This document shows positions 8,963 to 15,900 of a stretch of DNA of 45,162 bases, piece after piece. Below the pieces are notes generated by a model that saw nothing but the letters and a program-made list of their open reading frames with translations, did not search any database and was not told the origin of the DNA. The first letter of the stretch is position 1, and every line of letters starts with the position of its first letter. The stretch is taken from positions 1 through 45,162 of the forward strand of contig JBJOQC010000040.1 in assembly GCA_046050145.1 (NCBI GenBank). Reading direction: 5' to 3'. Source of the stretch: Candidatus Parcubacteria bacterium. GTDB taxonomy: Bacteria > Patescibacteriota > Minisyncoccia > Phycocordibacterales > CAYZPE01. The position numbers were made by a program, and so were the translations under genes.

Positions 8963-10054
8963 CTAAAAAAGTTTTGCAATATCGTTATACGTCACCACCA
9001 CCATCAAAAGAAGGAGGAGTAAAAATCCAATTCCATTCAATGTATTTGCTACCTTTGGAGAAATTGGTTTTCTTGTTACTGCTTCAATTGCCACGAACAA
9101 AAGTCGTCCCCCATCGAGTGCTGGAAAAGGAATAAGGTTGATAACTGCCAAGTTGATTGAAATAAGCGCTGTAAGAGAGATGAGGTACATAAAACCAAGC
9201 TCTGCTACCCCACCCACCAATCCTGCAATACCAACAGGACCAGACACTTGCGAGAAGTCACCTTGTCCACGAAAAGCATCAAAGAAAAACATTGAGAGAC
9301 CTACTATCGTTTCTAATATGATATTTCCTGTAGTTGTAACTCCTTGAGCAATAGCCTTAAAGAAAGGCAGTTTGAGAGTACCTACAGTGTCAATCGAAAC
9401 ACCAATAGCTGGCTTGCCAGAGACAACACCCTCGAGTGGAATCACCTCAACACTTCGGAGAGTCTCACCACGCTTGAGTTCAAGTACTACCTTTTTATCA
9501 CCATGCTCTGAAATAAATTCACTAAATGCTTCTGGTTCTAAGATAGTGAGACTGTGCGCACCTGAAGTTACAGAAGCTATTGTGTCACCCGACTCTACCC
9601 CAGCAAGTGCCGCAGGAGAATCCGCAACTGTTGCAATTACAACTAAACTTCTGTCATGAACATACTCTTCTGGATAATCTCCTGCAGGTACGGGAAAACC
9701 AAAAACGAAACCGAGTGTTATCAAAAGCCATGCAAATAAAATATTGAAAATAATACCCGCAGACAAGACAAGTGCCTGAATCCGCTTTGGTTTATTCACA
9801 AAACTTCGAGTACTATCAGGACCTGCAAGTGACTCTTCATCTGGATTTTCACCAAAAATCTTAACGTATCCACCAATTGGTATAAGGTTTATTGACCATC
9901 TCGTCTCCCCTCTCATCCATGAAAAAATCCTTGGTGGAAAGCCAATCGCAAATTCATCAACCCTAATGCCATTTTTCTTTGCAGTAATGTAATGTCCAAA
10001 CTCGTGAACAAATACGAGAATCGAGAGAATTATAAGAAAAATTATTATGGACAT
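8963..10054 (-). CDS. rseP: Site-2 (RIP) zinc metalloprotease RseP/M50 family
   Basis: 363 aa. HEFGHY (HExxH) sits in the first TM helix. There is a central PDZ-like segment and NLIPFPALDGG (LDG motif) near the C-terminus. Confidence 0.88.
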   Translation of the reverse strand: MSIIIFLIILSILVFVHEFGHYITAKKNGIRVDEFAIGFPPRIFSWMRGETRWSINLIPIGGYVKIFGENPDEESLAGPDSTRSFVNKPKRIQALVLSAGIIFNILFAWLLITLGFVFGFPVPAGDYPEEYVHDRSLVVIATVADSPAALAGVESGDTIASVTSGAHSLTILEPEAFSEFISEHGDKKVVLELKRGETLRSVEVIPLEGVVSGKPAIGVSIDTVGTLKLPFFKAIAQGVTTTGNIILETIVGLSMFFFDAFRGQGDFSQVSGPVGIAGLVGGVAELGFMYLISLTALISINLAVINLIPFPALDGGRLLFVAIEAVTRKPISPKVANTLNGIGFLLLLLLMVVVTYNDIAKLF

Positions 10055-10211
10055 TTATTTTTATATATTACTACAATAAAACTTGAAAACTTGGATATTT
10101 ATATACAGTTCGAGGCGCGAGCGAGGCTTGCGATAAAACTGTAGTAAACCTACAGTGCCTGAGCAAACGAGCGAAGCAACAAAGAAATGTAATAAATATG
10201 CAAGTTTTAAT

Positions 10212-10763
10212 TTACCCCATTATCTCTTTATCCTTCTTTTCGAAGAGGGTTTCCAAGTTTTTATTTGCCTCATCAACAATCTTTTGAGTCTCAGCCTTGA
10301 AACGAAACTTTTCATCTTCACTCATTCCACCTTCTTTCTCTTTTTTATCAATATCAGAGATTACCTTATCTCGCTCAAGACGAACTGATTTGCGAGCCTC
10401 TTCAAGTTTTGCTTTTGCAACCTTAACCAAGTCAGCTCGTCGCTCTGTTGTAAGCTCAGGAAAAATAACTCGAAGACCCTTATCGTCAACAGTTACTGAA
10501 AGACCCAAATTTGATGTTGTGATCGCCTTTTCAACAGCTTTTGCCTGTGACATATCCCATGGAGTAATACGAACTGAACGAGCATCTTCCACAGTCACAC
10601 TTCCTATCTGATTAATAGACATTAGAGATCCATATGATTCAACTTTTACAATATCCAAAACAGCAGGACTTGCCTTTCCTGTTCGAAGACTGCCAAACTC
10701 TCTCTTGAGCCACTCTTCTACTTCTTTTATTTGTGTTTTAAAGGATGTGAAATTGTATACCAT
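10212..10763 (-). CDS. frr: Ribosome recycling factor
   Basis: 183 aa. Typical RRF sequence (LRTGKASPAVLD..., ITPWD, NLGL...DDKGLRV.FPELTTERR). Confidence 0.92.
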   Translation of the reverse strand: MVYNFTSFKTQIKEVEEWLKREFGSLRTGKASPAVLDIVKVESYGSLMSINQIGSVTVEDARSVRITPWDMSQAKAVEKAITTSNLGLSVTVDDKGLRVIFPELTTERRADLVKVAKAKLEEARKSVRLERDKVISDIDKKEKEGGMSEDEKFRFKAETQKIVDEANKNLETLFEKKDKEIMG

Positions 10764-10842
10764 ATGATTTTTTACTAATATAGCTCATTGTATCAAAAAA
10801 GACCCTTATCTCAAATCTATTTAATATACAGAGCATAATTAC

Positions 10843-10870
10843 TTGACAATATTTTTATATATGCTAATAT
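10843..10870 (+). promoter_or_regulatory. Near-consensus promoter TTGACA-N16-TAATAT with TGC extended -10
   Basis: TTGACA at 10843-10848 and TGCTAATAT at 10862-10870. It points away from both flanking (minus-strand) genes. Confidence 0.6.
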
Positions 10871-10876
10871 TAATAC

Positions 10877-10970
10877 AGATCGAATGTACCTCCTATCTCA
10901 GGTTGGCCTCCCCCGACCCAACCTGAGAACTCGCCACTGGCACACCCCCGACGGTGCCAGTGGTTTTTTT
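10877..10970 (+). ncRNA. Candidate small RNA (about 90 nt) with C-rich loops and its own promoter and terminator
   Basis: The single-stranded 5' part contains ACCUCCU (10888-10894). Hairpin 1 spans 10896-10928 with loop CCUCCCCCGAC. Hairpin 2 spans 10934-10963 with loop ACCCCCGACG and is followed by T7 (10964-10970). There is no SD-preceded ORF. Confidence 0.5.
10934..10970 (+). terminator. Intrinsic terminator (plus strand only)
   Basis: 10-bp stem CCACTGGCAC/GTGCCAGTGG followed by TTTTTTT. On the minus strand no U-run follows the hairpin. Confidence 0.75.
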
Positions 10971-10977
10971 ATACACA

Positions 10978-11640
10978 CTATTTTGGACAAGTAAGTGCTA
11001 CATGCTCAAGTACAAGTTTTAATGAAGATCCTTGAGAAAATAAAAACTTTTTTAACTCTAAAACTTCACCTAAAAAATGAGAACTTTCTTTTACTAAGCC
11101 TTCCCCTTTAAGATAGCCTTCCAATGAATCTAAGAAAATAATCCCTCTATTTTTATCTTTTAGATCAATAATTTCTTTAATATACAAAATACGTTTAGAG
11201 ATATTAGCTTTTACAAAACTTTGAATTTCTTTTTTATCCACACTCTCTTTTGAAAGGTTCACTATCACCAATCGAGATTTTAGTGTCGGTAAAAGAATAT
11301 CTGCTGTTTTTGTAAGTATAAAAAAGTGAGTCCCTTCTGTTGGCTCTTCAAAAATCTTAAGTAAAGCATTCTGAGCTTCTCGATTTATAAAGTTGCATGA
11401 AATAATAAAAATCTTTTTTCCTGAAAAAGATCGTGCCTGTTGGTTTTCTTTGAGCTTGCGACTCTCCTCTATTGAGAATGTATCATGAGACTGATACCAA
11501 AAATCTGGATTACCAATCGTTTCAATACCTAAACTTTCTTTTAAAAAATCTTTCAATTCAAGTGCCGTGCTGGCATTGTCGCCCTCTATGCAGTACGCAT
11601 GGTGCAGATTATTGATATCTATAAGTTTCTTAAGACTCAT
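10978..11640 (-). CDS. holB: DNA polymerase III delta' subunit-like clamp-loader protein
   Basis: 220 aa. HHAYCIEG replaces a P-loop. The NALLKIFEEP and LPTLKSR motifs are typical of delta'/tau-family AAA+ proteins. Confidence 0.75.
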   Translation of the reverse strand: MSLKKLIDINNLHHAYCIEGDNASTALELKDFLKESLGIETIGNPDFWYQSHDTFSIEESRKLKENQQARSFSGKKIFIISCNFINREAQNALLKIFEEPTEGTHFFILTKTADILLPTLKSRLVIVNLSKESVDKKEIQSFVKANISKRILYIKEIIDLKDKNRGIIFLDSLEGYLKGEGLVKESSHFLGEVLELKKFLFSQGSSLKLVLEHVALTCPK

Positions 11641-11673
11641 TGCTTACCATTATCTCTTCTCAAAACTTTTTTG

Positions 11674-11705
11674 GCAAAAAAATACCCCCTCTGTTAGAGG
11701 GGGTA
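11674..11705 (-). terminator. Intrinsic terminator of the G+C-rich gene
   Basis: Minus-strand stem TACCCCCTC/GAGGGGGTA followed by a T-run (the reverse complement of the A-run at 11675-11682). Confidence 0.75.
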
Positions 11706-11750
11706 TGATCCCGGAGGATCACGAGTGCGGCAGAAAGGCCGCTGGCACCT

Positions 11751-12137
11751 TCACTCCACAATGGAGTGTCGCGGCCCTGCTTTCGCCTGGCCGAGGTTCG
11801 CCCACAGCAAGTGGCTGAGGGTGGTGGCGCAGTCGCGCTTCAAGTCGATGGCGGGCGTCGCAGTAGCGATGACGCCGATGCCGGTGTTGTCGAGCAGGCC
11901 GATGTTGTTGTGCTTATCAAGAATGAACACACGAGCCACGGGCGGGCCGAGGTCGATACTGCGACCGTTGCCGCCGAAGTTGCCCAGGGAAAGCGCCGGT
12001 TCGTTGAACGTGGCGCCGTCCTGATCGATGCTGATGCTGTTGTCGGCGAGTTGAGGGAAGCTGGAAGCTTCCACGGGCGGGCCGAGACTCAGCACGGAAA
12101 AGGTAGCGATGAGCATGAGAACGAAAATTCGTCGCAT
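11751..12137 (-). CDS. Secreted hypothetical protein encoded by a strongly G+C-rich gene
   Basis: AAGGAG lies 8 nt before ATG 12137. A signal-peptide-like N-terminus is present (MRRIFVLMLIATFSVLSLGPPVEA). Third-codon positions are G/C-rich in this frame. Its own terminator follows. Confidence 0.7.
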   Translation of the reverse strand: MRRIFVLMLIATFSVLSLGPPVEASSFPQLADNSISIDQDGATFNEPALSLGNFGGNGRSIDLGPPVARVFILDKHNNIGLLDNTGIGVIATATPAIDLKRDCATTLSHLLWANLGQAKAGPRHSIVE

Positions 12138-12224
12138 GAACAAGTCTCCTTGAGTGAGAAAGAACCGAACAAAGTATTTTGTCAGATGTCTCTTTTACAT
12201 TGTTATTACCGCTTAGGTATTACT

Positions 12225-12238
12225 GGATCACCTCCTTT
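12225..12238 (-). promoter_or_regulatory. 14-nt perfect complement of the canonical 16S rRNA 3' tail (AAAGGAGGUGAUCC) inside a long leader
   Basis: The plus strand reads GGATCACCTCCTTT and the minus-strand RNA reads AAAGGAGGTGATCC. No start codon lies at a usable distance. The real SD/ATG is about 90 nt further on. Confidence 0.5.
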
Positions 12239-12356
12239 ACGAGGCGATACATAACAGTGCCTTCACACACTACGAGTGTGCAAAGTAAGACGAACTGAAA
12301 CATCAAAACACTTCTGATGAGAAGTTATCACATTATAATTTTAATGTCAAGTCAAG

Positions 12357-12365
12357 TGTGGATAA
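12357..12365 (-). promoter_or_regulatory. Perfect DnaA-box consensus (TTATCCACA on the minus strand)
   Basis: The plus strand reads TGTGGATAA. The box sits just upstream of TTGACTTGACA and TATAAT hexamers on the minus strand. Confidence 0.5.
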
Positions 12366-12386
12366 GCTACTTTTCTCAACAATATT

Positions 12387-13400
12387 CTACCTCTTTGAAA
12401 TAACTGATTTTTTATATGTATCCAAATGTTCGAGTGCAATACCAGTCCCCTTCACTACACAATAAAAAGGATCCTTTGCGAGCTGAGCTTTCACACCTGT
12501 ACGACGGAGCACGAGCTCAGGAAGATTTCTAAGCTGTGAAGTTCCCCCTGTCATGATTATTCCTCGATCAATAATGTCAGATGCGAGCTCTGGTGGAGTT
12601 TCTTGAAGTACATCCTTAATAGCTTTTATCATTTCACGAAGTTCTTTTGTAATAGCTTTTACAACCTCATTTGTTTTGAGTTCAATTGAGCGAGGAAGTC
12701 CAGTCACAAAATCTCTCCCTTTTACAATCATAGAAAGTTCGTCTTCAATAGGGATCGCTGAACCTATTTTCATTTTTATATCCTCAGATGTTTTATCGCC
12801 AATCGCTAAGTTAAATGTTTTTTTAATATAGTCAGCAATTGCATAATCAATTTTATTCCCCGCAACCTTTACTGATTTTGAAGACACTATTCCTCCAAGC
12901 GAAATCACAGCAACATCAGTGGTTCCTCCCCCAATATCAACCACCATATGTCCTGCCGCTTCTTGAATAGGAATACCCGCACCAATTGCCGCGAGAATTG
13001 GCTCCTTCACCACATATGCATTTCGCGCCCCTGCTTTTATGGCAGCTTCTATCACCGCACGACGCTCAGTAGATGTAATACCAGCGGGTACCGAAACCAA
13101 TACATCAGGCTTCCAAAAACTCCATTTACCAAGAGCTTTTTCCATAAAATACCGGAGCATTGCTTCTGTCACCCGATAGTCTGCAATCACCCCATCTTTC
13201 ATTGGACGATACGCAATAATATGTTCGGGAGTGCGTCCAATCATTTGTTTTGCTTCAACACCAATTGCCAAAATTTTATTGTCCTCCTCAGACACAGCTA
13301 CAACAGAAGGCTCACAGAGAACCACACCTTTTCCAGGAACAAATACAAGTGTATTTGCAGTACCCAAATCAATACCAAGCTTTTTAGAAAACCATGCCAT
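12387..13400 (-). CDS. mreB: Second MreB-family actin homolog
   Basis: 337 aa. LGIDLGTANTLVF and VVDIGGGTTDVAVISLGG are present. It is a stand-alone gene away from mreCD. Confidence 0.9.
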   Translation of the reverse strand: MAWFSKKLGIDLGTANTLVFVPGKGVVLCEPSVVAVSEEDNKILAIGVEAKQMIGRTPEHIIAYRPMKDGVIADYRVTEAMLRYFMEKALGKWSFWKPDVLVSVPAGITSTERRAVIEAAIKAGARNAYVVKEPILAAIGAGIPIQEAAGHMVVDIGGGTTDVAVISLGGIVSSKSVKVAGNKIDYAIADYIKKTFNLAIGDKTSEDIKMKIGSAIPIEDELSMIVKGRDFVTGLPRSIELKTNEVVKAITKELREMIKAIKDVLQETPPELASDIIDRGIIMTGGTSQLRNLPELVLRRTGVKAQLAKDPFYCVVKGTGIALEHLDTYKKSVISKR

Positions 13401-13476
13401 GTGTGCACTTATAGTACGCCTTACAAAAAGGTTTTACAATTTCTAATCTTCTCTTTTAAAGTTTTAAATTTGTACT

Positions 13477-13505
13477 TTGAACTTACATAGCATATATGCT
13501 ATACT
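13477..13505 (+). promoter_or_regulatory. Promoter TTGAAC-N17-TATACT (TGC extended -10) of the HTH-murA gene
   Basis: TTGAAC at 13477-13482 and TGCTATACT at 13497-13505. Confidence 0.55.
13487..13502. promoter_or_regulatory. Perfect 16-bp palindrome ATAGCATATATGCTAT (candidate operator)
   Basis: The sequence is self-complementary over all 16 nt. It occupies the spacer and -10 of the promoter above. Confidence 0.5.
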
Positions 13506-13532
13506 TTTTTAACTACAATTTTAAACATATAT

Positions 13533-15047
13533 ATGGAAACAATAGATAAAAAACTGGCGCAGATTGGAAAGTTTATTAGTGAACTTCGTGAAGAGCGTGG
13601 ACTTACCCAAAGCGAGCTCGCAGAAAAAATAGGCACCACACAGAGCGCTATTGCTCGTATCGAAAAAGGTGAGCAAAACATCTCCACAGAAATGCTTGCA
13701 AAGATAAGTGGAGCTCTTCAACGTGATGTAGTTCAAATTGGAAATAAATCTTTAAACTTTAAAATTGAAGGTGGAAGAAAACTTTCTGGTTCCATTGAAG
13801 TAAAAAGCTCAAAGAATGCCGCTGTTGCACTTCTCTGTGCTTCCCTTTTGAATAAAGGAAAAACTATTCTTAAAAATATGCCTCGTATTGAAGAGGTGGC
13901 TCGTATTATCGAAGTACTCCAAAGTATCAACGTAAAAGTAAAATGGGTTGGAAACGATATTGAAATAGAAGCTCATAGTATTGATCTTAAAAATCTCGAC
14001 ATAGAAGCGGCAATAAAAACTCGAAGTATTATCATGTTTATTGGTCCGCTTATTCATCACGCAAAACAGTTTAGCCTTCCTCAAGCTGGTGGATGCAAAC
14101 TCGGCTCTCGTACAGTACGCCCTCACTTTTTCGCCCTTGAAAAGTTTGGTGTTGATATAGAAACCCTTACTAAGCAGTACAAAATTAAAAGCACAAAACT
14201 TACACCAGCTGAAGTGGTCCTCTATGAATCTGGAGATACCGTAACAGAAAACGCCCTCATGGCAGCGGCCCTTATTCCTGGTAAAACAGTTATTAAGTTT
14301 GCTTCAGCGAATTACCAAGTACAGGACGTATGCTTTTTTCTTCAAAAACTTGGGGTGGTGATAGAAGGAATCGGCACAACTACACTTACTGTAACCGGTG
14401 TTAAAGAAATAAATACAACAGTTACATATTTCTTAAGTGAAGATCCTATTGAAGCAATGTTTCTCATCGCAACAGCTATCCTTACAAAATCAGCAATCAC
14501 CATTACTCGTTGCCCCATCAACTTTCTTGAAATAGAACTTTTGAAACTCGAGAAGATGGGTTTCAAATATAAAATACTCAAAGAGTATAAATCACGTAAT
14601 GGAGAAACAAATCTTGTAGACATAAAAACACAACCCTCAAAGCTTATCGCTCTTGAAGAAAAAATTGAGTGCCGACCATATCCAGGATTAAATATCGATA
14701 ACCTTCCTTTCTTTGCTGTTATCGCAACACAAGCAGAAGGACAAACATTTATTCATGATTGGGTTTATGAAAAACGAGCAATCTACTATAAAGACCTTGA
14801 TAAGCTCGGAGCTGATACCATTCTCGCTGATCCACACCGCTTCTATGTAAACGGTCCGACAAAACTAAAAGCAGCAGAAGCAATTTGCCCACCAGCGCTT
14901 CGTCCTGCGGCAATCCTCCTTATAGGCATGCTTGGAGCAGAAGGAACTTCAAAACTTCGCAATGTCTACAGTATCAACCGTGGATACGAAGATTTAGCAA
15001 ATCGACTCAATGCAATTGGTGCAAAAATAGAGCTTTTACACGAATAA
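13533..15047 (+). CDS. murA: XRE-type helix-turn-helix domain fused to UDP-N-acetylglucosamine 1-carboxyvinyltransferase
   Basis: Residues 1-65 form an HTH (LTQSELAEKIGTTQSAIARIEKGEQNIS). The rest is a MurA/EPSP-synthase fold (KLSGSIEVKSSKNAAVALLCASLL...) with the active-site Cys context GGCKLGSRTVRPH. It is one uninterrupted 504-aa ORF. Confidence 0.85.
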   Translation: METIDKKLAQIGKFISELREERGLTQSELAEKIGTTQSAIARIEKGEQNISTEMLAKISGALQRDVVQIGNKSLNFKIEGGRKLSGSIEVKSSKNAAVALLCASLLNKGKTILKNMPRIEEVARIIEVLQSINVKVKWVGNDIEIEAHSIDLKNLDIEAAIKTRSIIMFIGPLIHHAKQFSLPQAGGCKLGSRTVRPHFFALEKFGVDIETLTKQYKIKSTKLTPAEVVLYESGDTVTENALMAAALIPGKTVIKFASANYQVQDVCFFLQKLGVVIEGIGTTTLTVTGVKEINTTVTYFLSEDPIEAMFLIATAILTKSAITITRCPINFLEIELLKLEKMGFKYKILKEYKSRNGETNLVDIKTQPSKLIALEEKIECRPYPGLNIDNLPFFAVIATQAEGQTFIHDWVYEKRAIYYKDLDKLGADTILADPHRFYVNGPTKLKAAEAICPPALRPAAILLIGMLGAEGTSKLRNVYSINRGYEDLANRLNAIGAKIELLHE

Positions 15048-15132
15048 AAAAAGTCTTACTAAAAAATTAGAACACGCACTATCATGAGGTCAAGTTGAAG
15101 TTTGTTTGATTCTTTGCAAATATACTCTATAT

Positions 15133-15885
15133 ATGAAAACAACAAAACGCATTTTTTGGGTTGCTGTGATATTAATACTTGGTCTTTTCGCCTACTCTTT
15201 CCTGGGAGCAAAGGGATCTATCGTAATCACAAGTCCTCTCGATCAAACCATAGTCTATCTTGATAATGTTTCTTACCGAACAATTAAGAAAGACTCTCCT
15301 CTTTCTATTCGTATTGACGCCGGAGTTCATACTATTATCACTTCTCGAGATGGTTATTTCCCATGGACAAAAGATGTTGAGGTTGTAGAAGGAGAGACTA
15401 TTACCCTCTCACCTTTCATGCTTCCTTCAAATCCTTCAGGAGAAATTATTACTGGAGCTGATCCTGAACATGACAAAATTGTGTCTCTCGTAAAAAAGGC
15501 CCCGCTCCCTGTTCGCGAATCACGAAAAAGAAGTGACTCTGGAAATGTTGAGATCTGGGTTGCAGGAAATACTATCTACGCAAACTGGATTGGAAAGAAG
15601 GAAGAAGTTCCTGTTTATTTCTGTCTTGCAGGACAAGATCCATGTGATACCACTATTGAAATATTTCGAGCAGAATCAGTTGAAAACCTCGACTTCTACG
15701 CAAACCGAGAAGATGTACTCATATTTTCTGCAGGAAATGGCGTAATGGCAATCGAAATGGATGGACGAGGAGATATCAAAAACTCTCAACCTCTCTATCT
15801 TGGTACACGTCCACACTTCTTTAAACAAGACGCCTCAACACTCTACGTTCTTGACGGAGAAACTCTCGCTCAAATTGCAATCTAA
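15133..15885 (+). CDS. Membrane-anchored PEGA-domain protein
   Basis: N-terminal TM helix followed by a PEGA-like beta-sandwich (VYLDNVSYRT...GVHTIITSRDGYFPWTKDVEVVEGETITL). The start is set at ATG 15133. Confidence 0.6.
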   Translation: MKTTKRIFWVAVILILGLFAYSFLGAKGSIVITSPLDQTIVYLDNVSYRTIKKDSPLSIRIDAGVHTIITSRDGYFPWTKDVEVVEGETITLSPFMLPSNPSGEIITGADPEHDKIVSLVKKAPLPVRESRKRSDSGNVEIWVAGNTIYANWIGKKEEVPVYFCLAGQDPCDTTIEIFRAESVENLDFYANREDVLIFSAGNGVMAIEMDGRGDIKNSQPLYLGTRPHFFKQDASTLYVLDGETLAQIAI

Positions 15886-15900
15886 GAAATCTCGGCAGGC

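Noticed and set aside
10055-10211. A G+C-rich patch with GCGAGCGAGG / ACGAGCGAAGC repeats and a CTGTAG hairpin between frr and rseP, considered as a possible ncRNA or riboswitch.
   Set aside because: I could find no promoter/terminator pair, no recognisable conserved RNA motif and no convincing extended structure. It is probably the weak frr terminator plus the rseP promoter region.
12225-12238. GGATCACCTCCTTT on the plus strand read as a fragment of a 16S rRNA gene.
   Set aside because: Only the terminal 14 nt match. The preceding sequence bears no resemblance to helix 45 (no GTAACAAGGTAACC...), and no rRNA gene context exists. I treat it as an anti-tail element in the minus-strand leader.
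11725-12254. Plus-strand ORFs 11725-12024 (99 aa) and 11766-12254 (162 aa), antisense to the G+C-rich gene.
   Set aside because: High G+C suppresses stop codons in all frames. These ORFs lack an SD and a signal, and they read like antisense translation (Ala/Gly/Arg/Val-rich). The minus frame has an SD, an ATG, a signal peptide, a G/C third-position bias and a terminator.
12948-13490. A 180-aa plus-strand ORF antisense to the second mreB. Similar antisense ORFs include 25262-25813, 32249-32697, 9138-9659 and 10297-10611.
   Set aside because: Each lies entirely inside a confidently identified gene on the other strand. They have odd composition (Cys/His/Asn/Phe-rich) and no SD.
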